64,000 nt of DNA from Acidobacteriota bacterium (GCA_045862895.1 BTUO01000007.1:67615-131614); one strand, 5' to 3'. Positions 1-10,927 are shown, counted from the stretch's first letter. Made by a program: numbers and translations. The notes: generated by a model from the sequence alone, not told the origin.

Positions 1-2280
1 GACGTCGGGCAGGATCTCGATGTCGCCCGGAGTGCCGTCGCTCGAACGCAGGACGCAACCTTCCCCCGGCTCCCAGGCCCAGTAGAGCAGCCGCGTGGCG
101 TCACCCGACCCGACGGTGGTGGCGTCGGAGACCCCGAGCTCGTCCTCGGTGGTCGGCCGCAGCAGCGTCCGTTCGTCGGCGACGAGATCGACGACCCAGA
201 ATCCGGCAAGATCCGACACCACGATCCGGCCGAGCTCCGGCCGGAACGGCCTCGGCCACCACAGGCCGTCCCATGCCGACGCGGGGCCCGGCGCGAGATC
301 GTGCGGGAGGGTCCCCGCCATCGAGCCGTCGCTGGTCCAGAGCTCGGTGCCGAGCGCGGTGGTGGTCGCCGCGAAGACGAGCATGCCGCCGACGTCGGTG
401 AGCCACTCCGGGAAGCTCCCTTCGACGCCGGGTTCGACGTCGCGCATCAGGCCGGTGCCGAGCGACGTGCCGTCGCTCGCCCAGAGCTCCTGACCCGCGA
501 TCGGTTCCCAGGTCGAGAAGTAGGCGAGATCGCCGGAGGCGCGGAGCCAGCCAACCGGCCCATCCGTCCAGCTCGCGAGCGGCACGAGCTCGACGCCGTC
601 GACGCGGGACAGCCGCCCGTAGATTCCGTCATAGTCGCCGACGAGAATCGAATCGTCCGGGAGCGCCTCGATCGCTCCGGTGATCGGTACCGGATCCCCG
701 TTCGCGAGCGTCAGCTCGACGGTCCCCGGCGCGCTGCCGTCCGACGCGAATCCGAAGAGCCCGTCCCAGGGCGGGGCGGTTACGTCCGGATACGCGGCGA
801 AGACGAGCCCGCCCGGCCGGGTCGTGAGGCTCGCCGGCTGCGAGGCGGAGCGCTCGACCGGAGCCATGAGTCGGAACGTGCCGGCCGCAGAGCCGTTCGT
901 CCGGTAGGTCTCGCAGCGCTCCTCCTCGTCGTGGGGCGGCACGTAGTACCAGCGGCAGATGTCGAACACCGTGAAGCCCGGGAGCACGGAGCTGCCCTGC
1001 AGGTACTCGCAGCCGGCGGCAGGATTCGCCACCAGCACGGTCCCCGCGGCGGTGCCGTCCGTCTTCCAGAGCGCCTGCTCCGCTTCCGCGCAGAAGTAGA
1101 TGCCGTCGTGCCCTTCGATCCCTCTCGTGGGCCAGGAACCCTCGCTTCCGGCGACGATGTCGCGCAGCATCACGGTACCGGCCGGCGTCCCGTCGGTGAC
1201 CCAGGGCTCCGTGCCGGTCGCGGGAGTCGACTCGGAGAAGACGATGCGATCCCCCACCTGTACGAACTGGCGAGGATCGATCCCGAAGTCGACGAGGTCT
1301 CGCAACTCGACGGCGCCACCGGGCGATCCGTCGCTGAACCAGAGCCGGAGGTCGGTTGGGCTGCTGCGCGACAGAACGATCAGCCCGCCGGGGACGTGGC
1401 CCACCACGTACGAATGCTGGATCGGGATCGGCAGTTGAATCGGGCTCGGCTGCGGCGAGGCGTCGTCGAGGATCCAGGCCGAGCTCGCGAAGCTCGGTGC
1501 CCCGGCATTGGCGGTGAAGCCGACGCGCTCGCCGCCTCCGACGAACCGGTTCGGCCACGAGCTTTCGGACCCCGGGACGAGATCCGCGACCCGGTAGGTG
1601 CCGCCGTCGGTGCCGTCGCTCACCCAGAGCTCGAGGCCGGTGGCGGCGTCGCCCGCGGCGAAGTAGAGCCGACCATCGAGCTCGGTCGAATCCGGCGGAA
1701 TGCCGATCGGTTCGACCATCCCGATCGGATACTGGAGCTTGCGCACCAGCGCGGTTCCCGGCGCGGTGCCGTCGCTGCGCCAGATCTCGAGGCTCGGCGC
1801 CTGCCGGACGACCGCCAGCAGCTGCTCTTCGCCGAGCGCCCCGAGGCTCCAGATCCGCGCGCCGTCGACGCCCGGGACGAACTCCCGAAGCAGCACGGTG
1901 CCGGCGGTCGTGCCGTCGGTCGCCCAGAGCTCGTTGCCAGATTCGATGCTCGAGGCGGCGAACAGCGCGCGGCCGCCGGCGACGTCGCCGAGGAATCGCG
2001 GCGCCGCGTCGTCCGAGCCGGGCGCGACGTTGCGCAGCAGACGGGTCCCCGCCGTCGTGCCGTCCGAGACCCACGGCTCGCTGCCGAATCCGGGCAGGTC
2101 GAAGCCGACCAGCGCCTTGCCCCCCGCCCGGCCGAACTCCCAGGAAGTGACGTACCAGGTGGCGTTCGGTTGCGTGCGCAGGTCGGCCACGCGGCGGGCG
2201 ACGCCGGAGGCCGGCGCGACAGAGGGAGCGAAGGCGAGCACGGCGAGCCAGGCGACGGTGCCACGAATCGATCGAGTCAT
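1..2280 (-). CDS. ELWxxDGT-repeat secreted protein, 3'-truncated by window edge
   Basis: Minus-strand ATG at 2280..2278 gives MTRSIRGTVAWLAVLAFAPS (signal peptide) followed by RVADLRT and repeated EPWVSDGTxAGT / ELWxSDG repeats. The frame stays open to position 1. It is absent from the ORF track only because it has no in-window stop. Confidence 0.7.
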   Translation of the reverse strand, partial: MTRSIRGTVAWLAVLAFAPSVAPASGVARRVADLRTQPNATWYVTSWEFGRAGGKALVGFDLPGFGSEPWVSDGTTAGTRLLRNVAPGSDDAAPRFLGDVAGGRALFAASSIESGNELWATDGTTAGTVLLREFVPGVDGARIWSLGALGEEQLLAVVRQAPSLEIWRSDGTAPGTALVRKLQYPIGMVEPIGIPPDSTELDGRLYFAAGDAATGLELWVSDGTDGGTYRVADLVPGSESSWPNRFVGGGERVGFTANAGAPSFASSAWILDDASPQPSPIQLPIPIQHSYVVGHVPGGLIVLSRSSPTDLRLWFSDGSPGGAVELRDLVDFGIDPRQFVQVGDRIVFSESTPATGTEPWVTDGTPAGTVMLRDIVAGSEGSWPTRGIEGHDGIYFCAEAEQALWKTDGTAAGTVLVANPAAGCEYLQGSSVLPGFTVFDICRWYYVPPHDEEERCETYRTNGSAAGTFRLMAPVERSASQPASLTTRPGGLVFAAYPDVTAPPWDGLFGFASDGSAPGTVELTLANGDPVPITGAIEALPDDSILVGDYDGIYGRLSRVDGVELVPLASWTDGPVGWLRASGDLAYFSTWEPIAGQELWASDGTSLGTGLMRDVEPGVEGSFPEWLTDVGGMLVFAATTTALGTELWTSDGSMAGTLPHDLAPGPASAWDGLWWPRPFRPELGRIVVSDLAGFWVVDLVADERTLLRPTTEDELGVSDATTVGSGDATRLLYWAWEPGEGCVLRSSDGTPGDIEILPDV

Positions 2281-2376
2281 GACGCTCTCCTTTCGACGAC
2301 CCCCCGGCCTCACGCCACGCATTCGGCGAGAGACCCGGGCCACGTATCCGACCGCGGACGTGCGCGTCGCGACGAT

Positions 2377-5136
2377 CTAGGGCGCGACGCTCCAGCGCGA
2401 GGTGTCGCCGGTCTGGAAGCCGTCATAGAAGACGAGGACCGGCATCGCCCAGAGCTCGGAACCGGTGCCGTCGTCGCCGGCGAAGTAGATGCGGTCGTGC
2501 CAGGCGACGAACGCTTCCGGGTCGTCGTAGGAATCGACCGACGGCCACGGCCCGACGGCGATCTCCGACAGCTGGAGAGTCCCTTCGATGGTGCCGTCCG
2601 TCGCCCAGATCTCGCGGCCGGTCGCGAGTCGCTCGGCCGTGAAGTAGACGAAGTCGCCGATCCGGGTGAAGCCTCGCGGGCTCGACGACGCCGCGCCCGG
2701 GACGAGGTCGACCAGGCGGACCGTGCCAGCGGTCGTGCCGTCGCTGCGCCAAGCCTCGCAGCCGGCGACCGGCTCGCACGCCGAGAAGAGCAGCAGATCC
2801 CCGAGCAACGCGCTCCAGTAGATCGAGGAGCCGTCCGGTCCCGGACGAACGTCACGCAGGAGGCGGGTCCCGATCGGCGTGCCGTCGCTCACCCAGAGCT
2901 CTTCGCCGAATCCGGGGTCCTTCGCCTCGCGGGCCGTGAACAGGATCCTCTCGGCGACTATGCCCAGCCATCGGGTGGTCCCGTAGCCGAAGCCCAGGTG
3001 GACGGTCGTCGGTGCGCTCGCGCTCGATTCGACGTACCAGAGGTCGATTCCCAGTTCCCCCGGACGCAGGAAATAGAAGCGTCCGGACTCGGCGTCGATC
3101 GGCCAGATCGCGACGGCGCGGGTCTCGGGATCGTCGCCGATTACCCCGAACGGGCCCGTCGTCGCCGGAGTCCCCTCGCTGCGCCAGACGCTCTCGATCC
3201 CCGCGCCGTCGAGCGCCGTGAACCAGACTTCGTCGCCGGCGTCGATCCACAGCGCCGGAGAGCTCGACGCCGTGCCGGGGACGAGGTCGAGGAAGAGCCC
3301 GGTCCCCGCCGGCGTGCCGTCGAGCGACCAGACCTCGGTGCCCTCCCCCACGGACCGCTCGGCGAACAGAGCGACCGGGCCGGCGGAGGGCGGGAGGTAT
3401 CCGATCGGACAGTCGTGATGAACGTCGCAGCGGACCGCGGCGTCGACGAGCGGGAGGGCTTCGTCCCCTTGGGTCGACCAGATGAGGGTCGATTCCCCGA
3501 GGTCGGTCGTGCCGATCACCGTACCCCCGTCGAGCACCGACACACCACCGATGACATTACCCACCCCGAAATCCCCGGCGAGGAGTCGGGAGCCCGGCTC
3601 CGTTCCGTCGGTCCGTCCGGGATGGCCCCCGTGATTCTCGATGGGCAGATGGGCGACGAAGTAGAGCAGGTCCCCGGCGTCGGTGAACGTGGTCGGGAGC
3701 GACGGCGAGACCGTCCGCGCCAGCGGCGCGACGAGCGCGGTGCCCGCGCCGGTTCCGTCGGTCTTCCAGAGGTCGCCTTCGATCGACATCAGCAGGACCC
3801 CGTCGCTCTCGCCGAGCCATCGGATCCACGAACCGCCCGGGCCCGGGGTGACGTCGGCGACGAGCTGAGGCGCGCTCCCGTCCTCCGGGAAGAGCCACGG
3901 CTCGAATCCGTTCGTACCGTCGTCGAGGATCAGGACGAGGCCCGCGTCGACACGTTCCGGCAGCACGAGCTCGTGTTGCAGCGAGATCCCTTCCGGTCCG
4001 GGACGGATCTCCGACCAGAGATGTGTCCCCGCGGGCGTACCGTCGCTGATCCACGGCTCGAGGCCATGCTCGGAATCGCCGAGGAAGAACAGCCAGGAAC
4101 CGTCAGCGAGAGGAAGCACAACCTGGGGATATCCCGACGGCCCCGGAATGTTCATGACTTCGGTCGTCCCGGCGGTCGTACCGTCGGTCCGCCAGATGCT
4201 CGTCCCCTTCCACTCGTGGATCACGAACAGCGCTCGGCCGCCCGCGACGGTCAGCCCCGGCCAGGGCTCGATGCCCTCGGTGGCAGGGCTCCAGACCTCC
4301 TCCGTTCCCGCGGCCGTACCGTCGGTCCTCCAGAGCGCGCGGTAACCGCTCGACCCCGGGGCGAGGAAGAGGACGGTGGAGGGCAAGGCGGCGAACCGGC
4401 CCGCGGGAACGTCCTCGCCGCCGCTCGGGAAATCCGTGAGCCGAAGCGTTCCGGCCGCGGTTCCATCCGACCTCCAGATCTGAGTCCCCGAAGCCGGCGT
4501 GCGCCCCATGAAATAGAGGAGACCGTCGTGAAGGAGGTGGCTCGAGCCGGGGATCCCGCTCGTCGGTCCCGGCCAGAGATCGATGACCGGATCGGTTCCT
4601 TCGAGCGTTCCGTCCGTGCGCCACAGCTCACGGCCGGTGTCGCTCCGGTACTGGGTGAAGAAGGTCCAGGGCTCGCCGACCTGGAAGAACGGCTCACCCT
4701 CCCACCATGACTCGCCGGGATCGGGGCTCGACAGGAGCCAGGTTCCGGCCTGCGTCCCGTCGGTGCGCCAGGTTCCGACTCCGGCGGCGGCCGCTCCCTC
4801 GAAGTAGGTGAGTCCGCCGATCCGGCCGTGGTACTCGCCGACATCGGCTCCCGGCGCTCCGAGATGGGCGACAGGTGTCGCGGTTCCGGCCGCGAGATCG
4901 ACGGCGAGCACTTCGCAACCCGCGCCGCGATCCGAGAAAGCGAGGTCCGGGAACGGGGCCTCCCAGGTGAGCCGCACGGGGCAGACCCCTCCGACCTTCT
5001 CGGTCCACACCCCCGGGTTGAGGTCCGCCACCCGCTCCGCGATCCCGGCGACCGCTTCGGCGGGGAGCTGTAGACCGAGGACCGCGACGAGTGCGGCGGC
5101 TCCGGTGGACTTCGTCGAAATCCGGCCAGGCTTCAT
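2377..5136 (-). CDS. ELWxxDGT-repeat secreted protein (beta-propeller-like repeats)
   Basis: Track ORF 2377..5151 begins at a TTG. The likely start is the ATG at 5136 (MKPGRISTKSTGAAALVAVLG signal peptide) with a GGAGG 8 nt upstream. It has more than 15 copies of ELWRTDGTxxGT-type repeats. The C-terminus reads YDGFQTGDTSRWSVAP. Confidence 0.8.
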   Translation of the reverse strand: MKPGRISTKSTGAAALVAVLGLQLPAEAVAGIAERVADLNPGVWTEKVGGVCPVRLTWEAPFPDLAFSDRGAGCEVLAVDLAAGTATPVAHLGAPGADVGEYHGRIGGLTYFEGAAAAGVGTWRTDGTQAGTWLLSSPDPGESWWEGEPFFQVGEPWTFFTQYRSDTGRELWRTDGTLEGTDPVIDLWPGPTSGIPGSSHLLHDGLLYFMGRTPASGTQIWRSDGTAAGTLRLTDFPSGGEDVPAGRFAALPSTVLFLAPGSSGYRALWRTDGTAAGTEEVWSPATEGIEPWPGLTVAGGRALFVIHEWKGTSIWRTDGTTAGTTEVMNIPGPSGYPQVVLPLADGSWLFFLGDSEHGLEPWISDGTPAGTHLWSEIRPGPEGISLQHELVLPERVDAGLVLILDDGTNGFEPWLFPEDGSAPQLVADVTPGPGGSWIRWLGESDGVLLMSIEGDLWKTDGTGAGTALVAPLARTVSPSLPTTFTDAGDLLYFVAHLPIENHGGHPGRTDGTEPGSRLLAGDFGVGNVIGGVSVLDGGTVIGTTDLGESTLIWSTQGDEALPLVDAAVRCDVHHDCPIGYLPPSAGPVALFAERSVGEGTEVWSLDGTPAGTGLFLDLVPGTASSSPALWIDAGDEVWFTALDGAGIESVWRSEGTPATTGPFGVIGDDPETRAVAIWPIDAESGRFYFLRPGELGIDLWYVESSASAPTTVHLGFGYGTTRWLGIVAERILFTAREAKDPGFGEELWVSDGTPIGTRLLRDVRPGPDGSSIYWSALLGDLLLFSACEPVAGCEAWRSDGTTAGTVRLVDLVPGAASSSPRGFTRIGDFVYFTAERLATGREIWATDGTIEGTLQLSEIAVGPWPSVDSYDDPEAFVAWHDRIYFAGDDGTGSELWAMPVLVFYDGFQTGDTSRWSVAP

Positions 5137-5168
5137 CGTGAGACCCTCCAAACCACCGCGCCGCGTGC

Positions 5169-7910
5169 TCAGGGAACGGCTTCACTCCACCGCGTCGTAT
5201 CACCGGTCTCGAACCCGTCCGCGAAGAGCGCGAGCGCATAGGCCCAGAGCTCGCGGCCGGTGCCGTCGTCGGCGGTGAAGTAGATCCACGGACCGGCGCG
5301 GGTGAAGCCGACCGGGTCGGACGACAGCGGGCCGGGCGCCGCGTCGCCGAGCGCGTGGCTGCCCTCCGGCGTGAAGTCGCTCACCCAGGGCTCGCAGCCG
5401 GTCGCCGAAGCGCAGCCCGCGAAGTAGAGCCGGCCGTCGATCGCGGTGAGCGCCCTCGGCGCGAGCGAATCCGGGCCCGGGACGAGATCGGCGAAGAGCC
5501 GCGTGCCCGAGACCGTGCCGTCGCTCGTCCAGAGCTCGCAGCCGTGCTCGAGGTCGCAGGCGCCGAACCAGAGCGCGCCCTTCGCGACCAGCAGGTCCGA
5601 GGCGCACAGCTCTCCCCAGCCGCTGCTGCGTCCGGGACGGGTGGTCGCGAGATCGACCGTACCCGGCGCCGTCCCGTCGGTTCGCCAGAGCGCGCAGCGG
5701 CCGTCCGGTTCGGCATCGATCAGAACGGCGTCCCCCTCGAAAGCGACGAAGGGGTAGTCGGGCCAGTTCTCCTGCGACTCGGGATCGAAGTCCCAGATCG
5801 CGCGGCTCGTGTCGGTCGCTGGGTCGACCTCGAAGAGATGCGTGTAGCCCGCCAACAGCAGGAGCGTCCCGTCCTCGCTCGAGAGCTCCTGGATCTGCCG
5901 CGGATCCGAACTCTCGCCGTCGAGGTCCAGGTCGTGCGGGGTCGTCCCGCCCGGCGTTCCGTCGCTCTCCCAGAGCTCGTCACCGAGCTCGCGTCCGCCG
6001 TCCGCGCCGAACCAGAGGCGGTCGAGGGCGACGGCGTGGTCGTGCGCTTGCGACGACGCCGGTCCCGGAGCGAGATCGCCGAGGAACTCGCTCCCCTCGG
6101 CGGTACCGTCGGTGCGCCAGGGCTCCCAGCCGGTCCCGGGCAGGTAGCCCGAGAAGAAGACGGAGCCGAGCGCCCCGAACAGGTCGCCCCAGATTCCCAC
6201 GCCCGGTTCGCCCTCGAGCACCGGCGCGAGCGCGCCGTCGACGTGGCGGTAGAGGTTGCCGATGTCGTCGACGGTGCCGGAGACCAGCACGCCCCCGCCG
6301 GGAAGCGTCGCCGCCGATCCTCGAGACTCGACCGTCTGGCCCGTCGTCGTTCGCAGCTCGAGCGTCGACGCTTCCGCACCGTCGGTCTCGAAGTAGTGGC
6401 CGTAGTAGCCCGTGCTGAAGATCAACCCTCGACCTCCGGGCGTCAGATTCCCCGGATGCGACGACGCTCTGCCGACGCGGGTCCAGACCGGAAACGTGCC
6501 GGCGGCGCTGCCGTCGGTGCGCCACAGGTAGCAGTAGTCGCAGTCGTGGTGGGGCTCGCAGGACGCGCTCCAGCACGAATTGAACAGCGTCGTCCCCGCG
6601 AGCGCGACGCCCGAAGAGAAGCCGCTGCACGGATAGATGCTCGCGACCACGACCGTCCCCTCGGGCGTGCCGTCGGTCCGGCGGAGCTGGTCGTCGAAGA
6701 AGCTGCAGAAGTAGGCGCCGTCGTGTCCCCGGACGAGCCGGGAGCGGAAGCCGTCGGCGGGACCGGAGGCGAGATCGGCCAGCAGCGACGTCCCTTCCTC
6801 CGTTCCGTCGCTCACCCACGGCTCGTATCCGAACTTCCCGGTCCGATAGGCGAACACTGCACGCGGCCCCACTTGGAGCGCGGACCCGGCGGTCTCCCAC
6901 TCGTAGTTGCCTTCGTAGCCCGGCAGCAGCCGTACGGTTCCCTCGGGCGTGCCGTCCGTCGACCAGAGGTGACGGCGGTTCGGCTCCTCGATCCGCTCGA
7001 AGAGCAGCCGCGATCCGACGCTCCCGAGGATCGTCGACGAGCCGACGATCGACGGGTCCGGAATCGCGTCCCCGAAGACCGGTCGGGTCCCTTCCGGCGT
7101 CCCGTCGCTCGTCCAGACCTCGGAGGTCTCGCCGTTGCGCGTCGCCAGGAAGTAGATCCGGCCCTCCGCCGCCGTGAACGCGCTCGGCCGTCCCGAGCGC
7201 GGGCCCGGGCGCAGGTCGCGCACGCGGAACGTCCCGGTCGGCGTGCCGTCGCTCACCCAGAGCTCGCCGCCCCGAGAGTCCTGTCCGCAGAACCAGACCC
7301 GGCCCAGCGCCGCGACGCCTCCGTAGCTGAAACAACCTCCGGGAAAGGCCGGGCTGCCGATCGGCTCGATGCGACGGGTCCCGGCCCGCGTGCCATCGCT
7401 CTTCCAGAGCTCGGTCACGCCCTCACGTTGGACCATCGCCCAGAGAACGGCTCCCGGCAGCGAGCCGACTCCCCAGACCGGCAGGGGCTCCCGGTCTTCG
7501 CCCTCGTCGAAGATCGCCAGAGTACCGGCCGCGGTTCCGTCGGTAGCCCAGATCGCATCCCGCCCCGACACCGGATGCCAGGCCACGAACACGGCATGGG
7601 TCGAGCTCGTGCCGAGCAGCCGGGCTTCGGGGTCGATCGACCCCGGCGCGATGTTCGCGAGAATCTCCGTCCCGGCCGGGGTGCCGTCCGAGATCCACGG
7701 CTCCGTTCCGGCGCCGGTGAGGGTGGCCAGGAGCAGCGCCTTCTCGCCCAGACGCGCGAGGTCGCGAGCGAACGGGTACTCCTCCGGCATGCCCATCCCG
7801 CCGGTCCCGGTGTTGAGATCCGCGACGCGGTGGATCTGGGCGAGGAGAGAGTTCGACGCCAGGGCGAGGACCAGCGGGAGCAGCGCGCGGACACGGGATC
7901 GAGCCGTCAT
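5169..7910 (-). CDS. ELWxxDGT-repeat secreted protein
   Basis: The track ORF extends to 8114 with an Arg-rich leader. The likely start is the ATG at 7910 (MTARSRVRALLPLVLALASNSLLAQIHRVADLNTG signal peptide) with GAGGTG upstream. It carries repeated EPWISDGTPAGT motifs. The C-terminus reads FADGFETGDTTRWSEAVP. Confidence 0.8.
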   Translation of the reverse strand: MTARSRVRALLPLVLALASNSLLAQIHRVADLNTGTGGMGMPEEYPFARDLARLGEKALLLATLTGAGTEPWISDGTPAGTEILANIAPGSIDPEARLLGTSSTHAVFVAWHPVSGRDAIWATDGTAAGTLAIFDEGEDREPLPVWGVGSLPGAVLWAMVQREGVTELWKSDGTRAGTRRIEPIGSPAFPGGCFSYGGVAALGRVWFCGQDSRGGELWVSDGTPTGTFRVRDLRPGPRSGRPSAFTAAEGRIYFLATRNGETSEVWTSDGTPEGTRPVFGDAIPDPSIVGSSTILGSVGSRLLFERIEEPNRRHLWSTDGTPEGTVRLLPGYEGNYEWETAGSALQVGPRAVFAYRTGKFGYEPWVSDGTEEGTSLLADLASGPADGFRSRLVRGHDGAYFCSFFDDQLRRTDGTPEGTVVVASIYPCSGFSSGVALAGTTLFNSCWSASCEPHHDCDYCYLWRTDGSAAGTFPVWTRVGRASSHPGNLTPGGRGLIFSTGYYGHYFETDGAEASTLELRTTTGQTVESRGSAATLPGGGVLVSGTVDDIGNLYRHVDGALAPVLEGEPGVGIWGDLFGALGSVFFSGYLPGTGWEPWRTDGTAEGSEFLGDLAPGPASSQAHDHAVALDRLWFGADGGRELGDELWESDGTPGGTTPHDLDLDGESSDPRQIQELSSEDGTLLLLAGYTHLFEVDPATDTSRAIWDFDPESQENWPDYPFVAFEGDAVLIDAEPDGRCALWRTDGTAPGTVDLATTRPGRSSGWGELCASDLLVAKGALWFGACDLEHGCELWTSDGTVSGTRLFADLVPGPDSLAPRALTAIDGRLYFAGCASATGCEPWVSDFTPEGSHALGDAAPGPLSSDPVGFTRAGPWIYFTADDGTGRELWAYALALFADGFETGDTTRWSEAVP

Positions 7911-8117
7911 GGGGCGCACCTCGTTCGGATGCGGAGGAGGATCGCCGACTGCCGACTCCAGACACCAGCGACGGTGGCTCGCCCCGGACCCTCCGGGTCG
8001 AGCTTCGCCGTCCGCTGCGCGAGGTCGGCGTCGAACGTCAGGGCGGGGATCCCCGTGTGGATGATCCCGGAGTCGCGATCGTGGCGGTCGATCATCGGAC
8101 GCTCCTCGTGCCATTGC

Positions 8118-10898
8118 CTACGGCCCAACGCTCCAGCGAGTCATATCGCCAGTCTGGAAACCGTCGTAGAAGAGCTCTCCAGGCATCACCCAGGGCTCAC
8201 TCCCGGCACCACCGTCCGCGGCGAAGTAGACCTTGTCGCCGACGAGCGCGAACTCCGTGGGGCTCGAGCCCGCATCGCCGGGGGACAAGTCACCCAGTCG
8301 ATGGGTACCCGCCACCGAACCATCGGTCACCCAAGGCTCGCAGCCGTGGCTCGAGGTGCAGGCCGAGAAGTAGAGTCGATCACCGAGGACCGTCAGCGAG
8401 GAGGGCGAGGAGGACAGCGCGCCCGCCTGGATGTCGATCAACATCTCGGTCCCCTCGGGCGTGCCATCGGTTCGCCACAGCTCGCACCCCGCCGCCGGGG
8501 AACAGGCCGCGAAGTGCCACGAACCGCCGGGGAGCCGCGCCATCTCCTGGGGACAGCCGGCGGAGCCCATTGAACCGCTCCCCGTCTCGCGCACTCGGAC
8601 GGTACCGGCCGGCGATCCATCGGTGGCCCAGAGAGCGCAGACACCGTTCGCCTCGAGGTCGAAGAAGAGCGCGCGGTCTCCGAGGATCGCGAAGGGGAAC
8701 CTCTCGCGGTACGGATCGACTTCGAACGAGACGGTGTGCAGAAGGATCGCCGCCTGGGTGCCGGAGTCCCATCGCAGCAACTGGCGGTTCCTGCGGAACA
8801 GCAGTGAGCCGGGAATCTGGGGAAAGGACGTCAGGTCCGATGGACCCTCGTAGAGCGGCTCGGACCCCGGGACGAGGTCGTGGACGATCGTCGACGCCGG
8901 CGTTCCTCCGCTTTGCCAGAGCTCGACACCGTGTTCGTCGGTCGCACCGACGAACCAGGTCGAGTCGGCGACGCCGGTGAACTCCCCGCGCCCGTACAGT
9001 GTGGTGCTCGTCTCCAGATTCACGAGCATCGAGCAGCCGGGGCCGATGCCGTCGGCGTTCCAGATCTGGATATCCCAGTCGTCCAGCACTCGGAAGTAGT
9101 GGCGTTCCGCGATCCGTACGAGCTCGTCCCCGAGGATTCCGCGGTGGATGGTCGGGTAGAAGCTGCAGATCACCTCGAAGGAGCCGGGCGTCGTGCGCCA
9201 GAGGTGTCGGTAGGAGTCGACACTCGAGGCTGCGAACAGGTATTCGCCGTCGTCGAGCGTCGAGAAGTCCGAGACCCACTGAGCCGGTGATCCGTTCCGG
9301 AGCACCGGCATCGTACCTGGAGAGGACCCGTCGGTCCGATACAGGCGCCGATCCTCGAGCGCGACGAAGAGCGCTTCGGAATCCCTGGGCGTGAAGCGCG
9401 CGGGGGATGCGTCGTCGAAGATCGTCATCGGCCACAGAATCTCGGTTCCAGCTTCGGTGGCATCGGTCGTGTACGTCGCGCAGTACGTCGGACAGGGACC
9501 GCAGTCGTCCCCACAGATCCCGACGACGGCGTGGTCTCCCGCCGCGGCGAACGCGGTCCACCAGGTCTCCTGGCTCGAGTTGAGAACCGGGCCGAGGCGG
9601 GTCCCACCGGCCGTGCCGTTGGTCCTTCCGACGACGGCCCCCGAGTCGTAGGCGTCGAAGAAGAGCCAGCTGTCGTTGGCGGCGACCGTCTCGAACCAGG
9701 TCGAGCCCCCCGAGGCACTCAGGTCCTTGACGAGCAGCGTACCGCCGGCGGTGCCGTCCGAGCGCCAGGGCTCCTGCCCGTGGATTCCGTCGTCCGCCGC
9801 GAAAATGACGCGGCCGTCGATGACCGCCCCGGGTCGCGGATCCGAAGAGGATGCTCCCACCCAGATGTCGCGCAGCAGCGCCGTCCCGGACGAGGTGCCG
9901 TCGGAGCGCCAGACTTCCCGCCCGTGCTCGGGATCCGTCGCCGCGAAGAGCATCCGTCCGCCCGCGACACCGAGCGGCACCGGAGTCGAGCTCGCGGTGC
10001 CGGGAGCGACGTTTCTAAGTAGCTTCGTACCGCCGGCGGTGCCATCGCTGATCCAGAGCTCGCTGCCCCAGGCCGGCTTGGTCGCGCGAAAGTAGACTCC
10101 GCCCGGACCCGCCGAGAACCCTTCCGGCAGGCTGCCTCCAGGACCGATGTCGATGTCGAGCAGGAGCGTGGTCCCGGCCTCGGTCCCGTCCGTCCTCCAC
10201 AGTTCGACGCCATCGGGACCGTCGCTCGCGGCGAACAGGAGGAATCCACCGACCGCGGCAGCGTACGGCCGGAGCGCCGCCGCTTCGGGTTCGGGAATCC
10301 CGTTCTGCGAGCCAGGTCGAATGTCGCGGACGCGCCGAGTCCCCGAGGGGGTCCCGTCCGATCGCCAGAGCTCTCGCCCGGAGACCCCGTCCCGCGCGGA
10401 GAAGTAGAAGTCGCCCTCGAGGGCTCCGAGACCGATCACGTCCGATCCGAGGGGCCCGGGGCGGAGGTCACCGAGAAGCCAGGTCCCGGTCGAAGTGCCG
10501 TCGGTCCGCACCAGCTCGCGCCCTCGACCCGGAATCTCGGCTGTGAAATAGAGCAGGCCACCCGCCTTGCCGACCGCGATCGGATCGGTGCCGCCGCCCC
10601 CGGGCAGGAGGTCCCGAAGCCTCCGCGTGCCCGCCGTCGTTCCGTCGGATAGCCAGGGCTCTGCGCCGCCACACGCCCCGGTCAGGCTCAAGAAGGCCTC
10701 GTCGTTCCAGGTAAAGGCGCCGTCCGCGTCGCAGAACGTCTCCTGCTGTCCCGTCTCGAGCTCGGCGACCTGGCGGGCGACGCCTTCGCCCGCTGACAAG
10801 GGGACCGCGACGAAGACGAGGCAAGCCGCGAACAGTCTCCCGAGTCTCGGCGCGGAGTGAGCCCCCCACGCCTGATTCTGCTCTCGCTGTCGCTCCAT
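8118..10898 (-). CDS. ELWxxDGT-repeat secreted protein
   Basis: The real start is the internal ATG at 10898 (MERQREQNQAWGAHSAPRLGRLFAACLVFVAVPLSAGEG) with a GGGAGG 8 nt upstream. The 1917-aa track ORF 8118..13871 is a same-frame read-through into the antisense of the next gene. It carries ELVRTDGTSTGT / ELWRSDGTPSGT repeats. The C-terminus reads FYDGFQTGDMTRWSVGP. Confidence 0.75.
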   Translation of the reverse strand: MERQREQNQAWGAHSAPRLGRLFAACLVFVAVPLSAGEGVARQVAELETGQQETFCDADGAFTWNDEAFLSLTGACGGAEPWLSDGTTAGTRRLRDLLPGGGGTDPIAVGKAGGLLYFTAEIPGRGRELVRTDGTSTGTWLLGDLRPGPLGSDVIGLGALEGDFYFSARDGVSGRELWRSDGTPSGTRRVRDIRPGSQNGIPEPEAAALRPYAAAVGGFLLFAASDGPDGVELWRTDGTEAGTTLLLDIDIGPGGSLPEGFSAGPGGVYFRATKPAWGSELWISDGTAGGTKLLRNVAPGTASSTPVPLGVAGGRMLFAATDPEHGREVWRSDGTSSGTALLRDIWVGASSSDPRPGAVIDGRVIFAADDGIHGQEPWRSDGTAGGTLLVKDLSASGGSTWFETVAANDSWLFFDAYDSGAVVGRTNGTAGGTRLGPVLNSSQETWWTAFAAAGDHAVVGICGDDCGPCPTYCATYTTDATEAGTEILWPMTIFDDASPARFTPRDSEALFVALEDRRLYRTDGSSPGTMPVLRNGSPAQWVSDFSTLDDGEYLFAASSVDSYRHLWRTTPGSFEVICSFYPTIHRGILGDELVRIAERHYFRVLDDWDIQIWNADGIGPGCSMLVNLETSTTLYGRGEFTGVADSTWFVGATDEHGVELWQSGGTPASTIVHDLVPGSEPLYEGPSDLTSFPQIPGSLLFRRNRQLLRWDSGTQAAILLHTVSFEVDPYRERFPFAILGDRALFFDLEANGVCALWATDGSPAGTVRVRETGSGSMGSAGCPQEMARLPGGSWHFAACSPAAGCELWRTDGTPEGTEMLIDIQAGALSSSPSSLTVLGDRLYFSACTSSHGCEPWVTDGSVAGTHRLGDLSPGDAGSSPTEFALVGDKVYFAADGGAGSEPWVMPGELFYDGFQTGDMTRWSVGP

Positions 10899-10927
10899 CG
10901 CGATCGCCTCCCGAGAATCCTCCACTG

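Noticed and set aside
301-4710. 1469-aa plus-strand ORF (and similar giant plus-strand ORFs at 5355..8573, 11609..13876, 25300..30666, 33940..37101, 39721..42876, 42117..47945, 51282..54842, 55863..59987)
   Set aside because: They are extremely Arg/Gly/Asp-rich and low-complexity. They lie exactly antisense to well-supported minus-strand genes with signal peptides and recognisable domains. This is the typical open antisense frame of roughly 70% GC DNA.
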